From positions 1-18,617 of the forward strand of contig JBDGRK010000026.1 of NCBI GenBank assembly GCA_042218075.1: 18,617 bases of DNA. The letters are read 5' to 3'. Numbering within the stretch: position 1 is the stretch's first letter; each line of letters opens with the position of its first letter. Source of the DNA: Candidatus Nanohaloarchaea archaeon (GTDB taxonomy: Archaea > Nanohalarchaeota > Nanosalinia > Nanosalinales > Nanosalinaceae). A program made the position numbers and the translations under genes. The notes under the pieces were generated by a model. The model worked only from the letters and a program-made list of their open reading frames with translations, ran no database searches and was not told where the DNA came from. Positions 6,599-14,294 of the stretch are shown one piece after another.

Positions 6599-7909
6599 AT
6601 GCTGGAAAGAGTTTATACACATGACATCACCCCGGACCAAGAAGGAGAAAAAGTCGCTGTGGCAGGATGGGCGCACGAGATCAGGGATCTTGGGGGTATA
6701 AGCTTCATAGTTTTGAGGGATAGAGAGGGAAGCGTACAGGTTGTTTTCAAGCAAGATGAGGATGAAGAGCTGTTCGATGAGGCGCAGGAAGTCGGCAAGG
6801 AAGACGTAATACAGGTGAAGGGAGAGGTCAAGAAGAACGACCAGGCGCCGGGAGACCGTGAAATTGTTCCAGAGGAAATGCAGATCATCGGAGAAGCAGA
6901 GTCACCGCTTCCTATGGATGTCTCGGAGAAGATTAACTCCGATCTTTCCACGAGACTCGACAACCGCTTCATGGACCTTAGACAGCCGGAGGTTCATTCA
7001 ATATTCTCGCTTAAGTCGCACATAATAGAGGCGATGGAGGAATGGTTCGAGAAGAACGACTACATCAACATCCAGACACCGACAATCGCGAAGATGGGAG
7101 CCGAGGGAGGAGCGGAGCTTTTCCCTATAATCTACTACGATGACGAGGCTTTCCTCTCCCAGTCACCGCAGCTCTACAAGCAGATGCTGATGGCGGCGGG
7201 ATTCGACAAGGTATACGAGATAGGGAAGGCTTTCAGGGCGGAAGAGTTCGCCACCTCTCGACACGTCTCTGAAATATCAATGTTCGACGTGGAAATCGCA
7301 TTTATAGAAGACCAGCACGACGTGATGGATGTGCTGGAGGAATCGCTGAGGCACACTGTCAAAGAAGTCAGGGGGAGAGCGGCCGACGACCTCGACATAC
7401 TTGACATAGAGCTTGAAGTCCCGGAGGAAGACTTCCCGAGGATAAAGTTCGAGGAGGCCAAGAGAATCCTGAAGGAAGAGTTCGACCATGTCCCTGAAGA
7501 TGAAAATGATCTGGATACCGAGGGAGAGAAGCTTCTGGGCGAATACTTTGAGGAGAAAGGACATCCAGCGTTCTTCGTGATCGGTTATCCGCAGGAGAAG
7601 TTCTACTACGGCGAGGCGAGGGAAAAAGACGATTACCAGTCAAGGAGGTTCGACATGATCTACAGGGGTCTGGAGCTTGCATCAGGAGGACAGAGAGAGC
7701 ACGATATCGATCGGCTGATGGACGGCATCGAGGAAGAGGGAATAGATCCGGAAGACCTTTCATTTTATATCGAGTCCTTCAAGTTTGGGATGCCTCCTCA
7801 CGGGGGATACGGACTCGGAATCGACCGCCTGGTGAAGCAGATAGCCGACCTTGACAACATCCAGGAGGCGATCCTGTTCCCGAGGACACCCGACAGGCTG
7901 ATGCCATAG
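6599..7909 (+). CDS. aspS: Aspartate--tRNA(Asp/Asn) ligase, archaeal non-discriminating type (alternative start 6584)
   Basis: GWAHEIRDLGG, RLDNRFMDLR, FLSQSPQLYKQ, FRAE, ELASGGQR, GMPPHGGYGLGIDRL and LFPRTPDRL. His in GWAHE and Pro in QAPG are the non-discriminating signature residues. Confidence 0.96.
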   Translation: MLERVYTHDITPDQEGEKVAVAGWAHEIRDLGGISFIVLRDREGSVQVVFKQDEDEELFDEAQEVGKEDVIQVKGEVKKNDQAPGDREIVPEEMQIIGEAESPLPMDVSEKINSDLSTRLDNRFMDLRQPEVHSIFSLKSHIIEAMEEWFEKNDYINIQTPTIAKMGAEGGAELFPIIYYDDEAFLSQSPQLYKQMLMAAGFDKVYEIGKAFRAEEFATSRHVSEISMFDVEIAFIEDQHDVMDVLEESLRHTVKEVRGRAADDLDILDIELEVPEEDFPRIKFEEAKRILKEEFDHVPEDENDLDTEGEKLLGEYFEEKGHPAFFVIGYPQEKFYYGEAREKDDYQSRRFDMIYRGLELASGGQREHDIDRLMDGIEEEGIDPEDLSFYIESFKFGMPPHGGYGLGIDRLVKQIADLDNIQEAILFPRTPDRLMP

Positions 7910-7937
7910 GCTTCTTCACTATTATTCTTTAATTTAC

Positions 7938-8053
7938 TGTAATACAAATTAACCCTATATGCCAATTTTTTAACCATAAATGCCAATTTTTTCCCTAAAT
8001 TGTAGTACAATTATTTGATATAATAGATTAAATCTGTTTTATGTATTACAATT
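7938..8053. repeat. AT-rich intergenic region with a 21-bp tandem repeat and three TGTA-N-TACA palindromes
   Basis: aaccctatatgccaatttttt (7951-7971) and aaccataaatgccaatttttt (7972-7992) are 19/21 identical. TGTAATACA at 7938, TGTAGTACA at 8001, TGTATTACA at 8042. Confidence 0.8.
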
Positions 8054-8097
8054 CTCCATCCAAGTCTTTTTATTGAGGCCTGAGGAAGGTTTTTACA

Positions 8098-11000
8098 ATG
8101 CCAGAGGCTGTCCAGCAGGAAAAAGAGAGGGAAGAGCAGGAACTCGACACCAAGATCAACAAGGTCACCTGCAAGGGTTTCAAGTCTTTCCAGCAGAATA
8201 CCGCGATACCGCTGTTCGAGGGATTGACAGCTATTGTCGGAGAAAACGGTAACGGAAAGTGCGTTACCGGAGATACAGAGGTGCTGACCTCTGATGGAGA
8301 ATACAGACCGATAAGAGAAATCGTAGAGGATTCAATAGAGAGCGATCAGGTAGAGGAGATTGATGATGGGTATCTATCCTATTCTACAGACGTGAAAGTA
8401 GAGAGCCTGAATCCGAGAACTCTGAAATCAGAGGAGAGGGAAGTACTCGCATGTGCCAAGAGGGAGGCTCCAGAAGAATTAAGAGAGATTAAGACGCATT
8501 CAGGCCGAAAGATAAAGGCTACAGACGATCACCCGCTGTTCAAGCTTGTTGATGGCGAAGTAGTTGCAGTTGATTCTTCGGAAGTGGAAGAAGGTGAAAG
8601 AATAGCTGTTCCGAGAAAGCTGAAGGCGGAAAATGGAGGAGAAAAAATATTCACTGAACTCCTGGACATGATTGAGGAAGAAGAAACTCTCTATGTGCCC
8701 TATAGGGAACAGTTCGAGAATCTGATTTACGGTATGAAAGAGGAGAAGGGTGCGACTTGGAAAGAACTTGCCAGTGAAGTAGGTGTCAGTTACAATACTC
8801 TCAGATGTATAAGGGATGAGCAGTCGTGCAGGTTCTCGAGCATTGTCAAGATTCTACGGCATTCGGGAATGAGCGATGAAGAAGTAGCTCAGCAGCTGAA
8901 AACCGTAACATCGAAGACCAGGAGCGAGGAAACCAGGATACCCTGGAAGAATACCCCAGAATTCTCAAGAATGCTGGGTTACCTGCTGGCAGAGGGAAGG
9001 GTAGCTGAGGATTCAGAGCAATTATGGTTTACAAACGGCAACGAGAAAGTTATTCAAGATTATATATCCCTGGTTGATTCCGAATTAGGCGTAGAAGCTG
9101 AAAGAAAGGAATACAATGCAAACTGCTGGGATGTGATTGTTTTCAGAAAGGCCGCAAAGAAGATAATGGAGAAATTTGGACTTAGCGAGGGATCTGGAGC
9201 TAAAGAGATAGCTGAATTTTACAAGAAAAAATCGGGCCAGAAAGAAATAGAGGCTCTACTGGAGGGAATCTTCTCGGGAGATGGAGATGTTTCACACTGT
9301 GCAGCTACTGTAACGACGAAAAGCAGGAAGCTGGCGGAAGATCTCCAGGGTTTGATGCTGAGGATAGGAGTAAACTCCAGGATCAAAGAGAGAGTAAAGA
9401 CAGCCACAAATACAGGAACATCAGGCACATACTATGATCTGAGGGTTTCAGGAAAGGAAGCAGAGAAACTGGCAAACAAATTGAATATACCCATCGAGAG
9501 AAAGCAGAAGGATCTCGAGCAACTCTCCCAGAGAAAGAATAATACCAATATCGACTTGATAGAGGCAAATGGACTGGTCAAGAAAACAGTTGATGATAGC
9601 AATATCAGCCCATATTCCAGATCGCTTAAAGAAGAAGTTCCAAAACTTTCTGCTTACTACAGTGAGAATTCTCTGACAACGAGAGAAGGGCTGAGAGAAG
9701 TTGCAGAGCTATTCTCGGAAGAGGAAACCGAAGAGATAGAACAGATTAGAAAACTCGCAAACTCTGACATCTACTGGGATGAGATAGAAAGTGTAGAAAA
9801 GATAGAAGCTCAAGATGATTGGGTATACGACCTGAATATTGGCGTAGGACACAACTTTGTCGCGAACAATATATTCGTCCACAACAGCAACCTCCTGGAC
9901 GCCATTAGCTTTGTCTTCGGGCGGAGATCAAGCAGTTTGAGAGCCGAGAAGCTCACTCAGCTGATCTTCAACGGTGCAGAGGATCGCAAGGAAGCGGATC
10001 ACGCCAAGGTTGACGTATATCTCGACAACTCTTCAGGGATATTCGACGAGTTCCTGGAAGAGGAAGAAGAGGCAGAAGAAGTGGTTGTATCCAGAAAAGT
10101 AACGAGAGCAGGCAGCTCAATCTACAAGTTCCAGGGCTCGAACTGCAAGAAGGGAAAAATAGATGATATTGCGGAGAAAGCCAACATAGACCCTGATGGA
10201 TTCCACTTCGTGAGGCAGGGAAAGGTGACAGAGATAGTCGAGCAGAGCAACGTCGAGAGGAGAAAGGTAATTGATGAACTTTCAGGAGTCGCGAAGTTCG
10301 ACTCGGAGAAGGAAGAGGCGGAAGAAGAACTTGAGGAGGTCGAGGAAAAGCTCCAGGAGCAGCAGATAAAGCTGAACCAGAAGAAGAGCCACCTTGAAAA
10401 GCTGAAGGAGGAGAAGGAGCTCGCTTTGAAGTACCGGGAGCTGGAGGAGAGGAAAGAGAAGCTGGAGGCCTCCCGGCTCGAGGTTCGGAAGAGAGCGCTC
10501 TCCAACCAGCTCGCCAACATAAATACTGATACAGCGGAGAAGGAGGACAGGATCGAAGAGCTGGAGGAGGAGCTGGAAGAACTCGACGAGGAGATTGAGA
10601 AGAAGCAGGACAGGATTGAGGAGATTGAGGACAAGATGGGTGGAGACTCAGATATTCAGCATCTGGAGACCCGTATAGAGAAGAAGAAGGGGAAGATCGA
10701 GAACAAGCGGGAGAGGATTGAAGAGCTGGAGGAGACGATTGAAGACCTTGAGAAGATGCAGTCGAGGAACAAGACTGGCTCTAAGGCAGTCGACTCCGTT
10801 ATCTCGCTTGGGAAGGATGGCGTACACGGGGCGTTCCAGGACCTGATCTCGGCGGATGAGAGATACGGCGTGGCGATCGAGACAGCGGCTGGAGGCCACA
10901 TGAACGATGTCGTGGTTGAGGATAAGGACGTGGCGATGGAGTGCATAAATTATCTTAAGAGAGAGGGTATCGGAAGAGCGAGGATGCTCCCGCTGGACAA

Positions 11001-12258
11001 GATCAAGGATCGCTCCAAGTCTGCGAAGTCGCAGATGGCGAAGAAAAAGAAGGGAGTAATAGATTACGCGACGGAGCTGGTGAACTACGATGAGCGCTAC
11101 GAGAAAGCTGTAAATCACGTGTTCTCCGACACGCTGATCGCTGAGGACCTGGACTCCGTAAAGAATATCGACGGTGTCCGGGTCGTGACTCTTGATGGTG
11201 ATGTGATGTCGAGAGGAGGATCGATGACCGGAGGAAAGAAGAAGACCAGGAAGAAAAAGAGCAAGAAGTTATCGCAGAACCTGGATCCCGAGAAGAAAAG
11301 AGAGGAGAAAAAGGAGATCGAGGAGGAGATCGAAGACCTCCAAAAGGATATAGCCGAGCTCAAGGAGATGAAGCAGAGGAAAGAGGATGAAGAGGAGAGC
11401 GACGACGAGCTCAGAGAGGAGAAGCAGGAACTGAGAGACCAGCTGAAAGAGATGAGGGAGGAAAGGCAGGAGAAATATTCTGAGAAGCAGAGGCTGGAGA
11501 CAAAGGTCGAGGACTCGGGCTCAAAGAAGGCAAATCTCAAGGCAGAACTTGAAAACGTGAAGGATGATCTCGAGGACTATGATATCGACGAGGATGAGAT
11601 GACGGGACTGGATTCTTCTCCCGAGGACCTGAAGAAAAAGAAGAAGAAAGTGCTGAGGAAGCAGAACTCGATGGGACCGGTCAACATGAGAGCTATAGAA
11701 GAGTACAAGCAGAAGAAGGAAGAGTTCGACGAGTTCAAGCAGAAAGTCTCGGAGGTAAGGCAGGAGAAGCTGGAGATAGAGGACATGATAGAAGAGATCG
11801 ACAGGAAGAAGAGAGAGTGTTTCATGGAGACCCTGGAGCAGATACAGGAGAGCTTCGGAAAGATTTTCGAGCAGCTCTTCGGCGGTGGAAACGCTGAACT
11901 GGTGCTTGAGGAAGACGATATTGAGAAAGGTCTGAAGATCAGGGCCGAACCTCCCGGAAAGGAACCGCACATTATCCAGGCGCTCTCAGGAGGAGAGAAA
12001 ACCCTTACAGCGATCGCATTCGTGTTCGCGATCCTGGAGTACGAGAAGTCGCCTTTCTACATAATGGATGAGATTGATGCGGCGCTGGACAAGAAGAACT
12101 CGAAGAAGCTTTCCGAGTTACTCAAGAATTACGCCAGCGACAACCAGTTCATAGTTATCTCCCACAACGAGATCACCGTGAGACACGCAGAGAGAGCCTA
12201 CGGTGTCTCAATGACGGACGGAGTATCCAAGATGAGAAGCATCGAGCTGGAAGTCTGA
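8098..12258 (+). CDS. smc: Chromosome segregation protein SMC, intein-containing precursor (mature 844 aa)
   Basis: GFKSF, split Walker A GENGNGK/SN, Q-loop FVRQG, hinge GVHG...GIGRARMLPL...VTLDGD...GSMTGG, MGPVN, signature LSGGEK, Walker B YIMDEIDAALD, QFIVISH. Confidence 0.97.
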   Translation: MPEAVQQEKEREEQELDTKINKVTCKGFKSFQQNTAIPLFEGLTAIVGENGNGKCVTGDTEVLTSDGEYRPIREIVEDSIESDQVEEIDDGYLSYSTDVKVESLNPRTLKSEEREVLACAKREAPEELREIKTHSGRKIKATDDHPLFKLVDGEVVAVDSSEVEEGERIAVPRKLKAENGGEKIFTELLDMIEEEETLYVPYREQFENLIYGMKEEKGATWKELASEVGVSYNTLRCIRDEQSCRFSSIVKILRHSGMSDEEVAQQLKTVTSKTRSEETRIPWKNTPEFSRMLGYLLAEGRVAEDSEQLWFTNGNEKVIQDYISLVDSELGVEAERKEYNANCWDVIVFRKAAKKIMEKFGLSEGSGAKEIAEFYKKKSGQKEIEALLEGIFSGDGDVSHCAATVTTKSRKLAEDLQGLMLRIGVNSRIKERVKTATNTGTSGTYYDLRVSGKEAEKLANKLNIPIERKQKDLEQLSQRKNNTNIDLIEANGLVKKTVDDSNISPYSRSLKEEVPKLSAYYSENSLTTREGLREVAELFSEEETEEIEQIRKLANSDIYWDEIESVEKIEAQDDWVYDLNIGVGHNFVANNIFVHNSNLLDAISFVFGRRSSSLRAEKLTQLIFNGAEDRKEADHAKVDVYLDNSSGIFDEFLEEEEEAEEVVVSRKVTRAGSSIYKFQGSNCKKGKIDDIAEKANIDPDGFHFVRQGKVTEIVEQSNVERRKVIDELSGVAKFDSEKEEAEEELEEVEEKLQEQQIKLNQKKSHLEKLKEEKELALKYRELEERKEKLEASRLEVRKRALSNQLANINTDTAEKEDRIEELEEELEELDEEIEKKQDRIEEIEDKMGGDSDIQHLETRIEKKKGKIENKRERIEELEETIEDLEKMQSRNKTGSKAVDSVISLGKDGVHGAFQDLISADERYGVAIETAAGGHMNDVVVEDKDVAMECINYLKREGIGRARMLPLDKIKDRSKSAKSQMAKKKKGVIDYATELVNYDERYEKAVNHVFSDTLIAEDLDSVKNIDGVRVVTLDGDVMSRGGSMTGGKKKTRKKKSKKLSQNLDPEKKREEKKEIEEEIEDLQKDIAELKEMKQRKEDEEESDDELREEKQELRDQLKEMREERQEKYSEKQRLETKVEDSGSKKANLKAELENVKDDLEDYDIDEDEMTGLDSSPEDLKKKKKKVLRKQNSMGPVNMRAIEEYKQKKEEFDEFKQKVSEVRQEKLEIEDMIEEIDRKKRECFMETLEQIQESFGKIFEQLFGGGNAELVLEEDDIEKGLKIRAEPPGKEPHIIQALSGGEKTLTAIAFVFAILEYEKSPFYIMDEIDAALDKKNSKKLSELLKNYASDNQFIVISHNEITVRHAERAYGVSMTDGVSKMRSIELEV
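8260..9885 (+). mobile_element. Intein (542 aa) with LAGLIDADG homing endonuclease and an HTH insertion
   Basis: Starts CVTGD. Block B ATDDHP. LAGLIDADG motifs MLGYLLAEG (8971) and LLEGIFSGDG (9256). HTH TWKELASEVGVSYNTL (8755). Ends VYDL...HNFVANNIFVHN followed by Ser+1. Removal restores GNGKSN. Confidence 0.96.
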
Positions 12259-12303
12259 TAATTCAGGCAAGAATTTAAAGCTGAGCGACTATCAACAATT
12301 GAT

Positions 12304-12490
12304 ATGCCTGCCAGTATTGATTATACCGAGAGTGAAGATCACGTGGAGATGTCGAAGGAGGAGTTTGAAAGGGTCAGAGCGACTATAGAAACTCTGGAAG
12401 ATCAGGAGGTTCTGGATCAGTTGAAGAAAAAGTCAGGAAGACAAGGAGAAAGGAAGAGTTAAGCCATGGAGCGAAGTTAGTCTAAATTAA
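12304..12490 (+). pseudogene. Frameshifted orphan antitoxin-like gene (Phd/YefM- or RelB-type C-terminal pattern)
   Basis: As written it is a 52-aa ORF (12304-12462). Deleting one A from the A5 run (12427-12431) gives ...EEFERVRATIETLEDQEVLDQLKKSQEDKEKGRVKPWSEVSLN*, a typical antitoxin tail. TTTAAA about 26 nt upstream. Confidence 0.62.
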
Positions 12491-12582
12491 AGTTTTTCTA
12501 AAGAATTTCTTTCAACCACCATAGTAGTTAAAAACCGGGAGAAGGAAATTTTCAGTGGGCAGAGGGGAATTGATGATGGAAA

Positions 12583-13296
12583 ATGCAAGATTACGAGATA
12601 TCTGAACTCGCGGAGCAGCCGTGGAAAGAGACTCTTGACGTTCTGACCGCGGACATGGATCCCCGGAGTATTGATATTGCTGTTCTCGCGGATCGCTACA
12701 GAAATTATATAGAAGAGCTGGAGAGCTTTAATCTCGAGGTTCCTGCCAGAGCGGTAAGGCTTCTTTCAGCACTCCTGAAGTTCAAGACCCTGGCGATAGC
12801 GGGTGAAGAAGTCAGGGAAGAAGAGGAGCAGGAGAATCCGATGGACTTCGAGGAGGAAGAGCTGGTTGAGGAGGAAGAACTGCCGGAGCTTGAGACTGGT
12901 CCGGAGCTGGAGATGCCGGTCAAGCCTAAGCCGAAAAGACGTATGAGCCTTGACGAGCTGAAAGACGCGCTAGGAGACGCTATGGAGGTCAAGGAGAGGA
13001 GGGAGGAGCGGCAGGAGATGAGGCAGGAAATAGACGATCACCTGGAAGTGGATGAAAAGTCGCTTAACGAGAAGATAAATTCGCTTTTTTCCAGACTGAC
13101 TAATCTTGTGGGAAGCAGCTCGGATAAAGTTGAATTCGACCAGCTAGTCGAGAACCAGGAGAGCGAAGAGCGGATCGAAAAATTCCTTCACGTCCTGCAC
13201 CTGGAGACCGACCAGAAAGTGGAGTGCATCCAGGACGAGTGGCTTGGAGATCTCGAAGTCAGGCCCACAGAGGAACATGAAAAGGTCGCGAATTAG
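12583..13296 (+). CDS. scpA: Segregation and condensation protein A (kleisin)
   Basis: MDPRSIDIAVLADRY, LLSALLKFKT, RRMSLDELKDAL and C-terminal winged helix FLHVLHL...VECIQDEWLGDL. Located downstream of smc. Confidence 0.92.
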   Translation: MQDYEISELAEQPWKETLDVLTADMDPRSIDIAVLADRYRNYIEELESFNLEVPARAVRLLSALLKFKTLAIAGEEVREEEEQENPMDFEEEELVEEEELPELETGPELEMPVKPKPKRRMSLDELKDALGDAMEVKERREERQEMRQEIDDHLEVDEKSLNEKINSLFSRLTNLVGSSSDKVEFDQLVENQESEERIEKFLHVLHLETDQKVECIQDEWLGDLEVRPTEEHEKVAN

Positions 13297-13337
13297 AGAG
13301 TTAACCCTTTTTCAACTATAGTCTCCAAGACACCTGC

Positions 13338-13871
13338 ATGGACGAGAAAAAGTCAAGGCTGGAGGCAGCTCTATACCTGGCGGAGGAAGCGGTGGATAAA
13401 GAGGAGATCGCCGATATTCTGGATCTGGGATCTATGGGTTACGTCGATATGCTAATAGAGGAGTTCGAGGAACACCTGGAGGAGGAACACCGGGGACTGG
13501 AGCTTGTGGAGACACCTGAGGGATACGAGCTGAAGGTGAAGAAAGACCACCTTGAACATGTTTCCCAACTGGCACCCCACCAGGATCTCAATAAAGGACA
13601 GTTGAGAACATTAAGCCTGGTCGTCTACAACTCCCCCGTGGAACAGGCGGACATAGTAGAGGTGAGAGGAAACAGGGCTTACCAGCACATCAAGGAGCTT
13701 GTGAACCGCGGATTCGTGTCGAAGGAGAAGGACGGCAGGACCGCGATCTTAGATGTTACAGATCACTTCCTGGATTATTTCGATATTGAGTCGGTGGATG
13801 AGTTCAAGAGGCAGTTCGAGAACGAGCAAAAAGGTAGGGAGGGGGAGCAGGAAGGTATCGAGACATTTTAA
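13338..13871 (+). CDS. scpB: Segregation and condensation protein B (kite)
   Basis: LEAALY, GLELVETPEGYEL, LRTLSLVVYNSPVEQADIVEVRG, HIKELVNRGFV and VTDHFLDYF. Confidence 0.94.
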   Translation: MDEKKSRLEAALYLAEEAVDKEEIADILDLGSMGYVDMLIEEFEEHLEEEHRGLELVETPEGYELKVKKDHLEHVSQLAPHQDLNKGQLRTLSLVVYNSPVEQADIVEVRGNRAYQHIKELVNRGFVSKEKDGRTAILDVTDHFLDYFDIESVDEFKRQFENEQKGREGEQEGIETF

Positions 13872-13874
13872 CCT

Positions 13875-14234
13875 TCAGAAATCAGCGATCTCCGCCTGTC
13901 CTTCATCGCTCTCTTCTCTTTTACCTAATCTCTCGTATACCGGTTCTAGGGCTCTCCATACATTCCTTAATAAGAAGTCCGAATCATCCGGTACATCGAC
14001 TTCCGCATTATTTTCAACATATTCAACCAGTTCTCTATAGCTATCTCCCTCTTCAAGATTTCTTGCTTCATCCTTTTGCAATCCGAACTTTACCTCTTCC
14101 AATCTTTTTCTAGCCTTGTTCAAGTCGCTCTCCTCTTCAAGATTTCTTGTATCAGTTTCTACTAGGCTATTCACGTAATCAATCACTACTTCACAATATT
14201 TCTCAGGTAGAACAAATTCTGAACCTTGACCCAT
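13875..14234 (-). CDS. Hypothetical protein, 119 aa (probable true start 14234)
   Basis: Acidic composition begins at MGQGSEF. The longer ORF-track version runs antisense into rqcH. Contains an internal 18-nt direct repeat. Confidence 0.65.
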   Translation of the reverse strand: MGQGSEFVLPEKYCEVVIDYVNSLVETDTRNLEEESDLNKARKRLEEVKFGLQKDEARNLEEGDSYRELVEYVENNAEVDVPDDSDFLLRNVWRALEPVYERLGKREESDEGQAEIADF

Positions 14235-14294
14235 AATTGGCAGATATTTGTAAAATTTTATAGGTATTTGTAGCTGAGGTTCGAAGATCAGTTC

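Noticed and set aside
7951-7992. CRISPR mini-array or canonical ORB origin
   Set aside because: Only two abutting units with no spacer; no TTCCAxTGGAA plus G-string and no adjacent cdc6.
10122-11972. Ser/Phe/Leu-rich antisense ORFs within smc (similar ones lie in aspS, rqcH, scpA and the surface protein)
   Set aside because: Shadow ORFs produced by GAG/AAG/GAA-rich sense codons; no protein-like motifs.
8098-13871. Wadjet/MksBEFG or Rad50/SbcC-type defence or repair system
   Set aside because: Canonical Smc hinge and ScpA/ScpB motifs. No JetD/Toprim nuclease, no Mre11 and no CxxC zinc hook in the arms.
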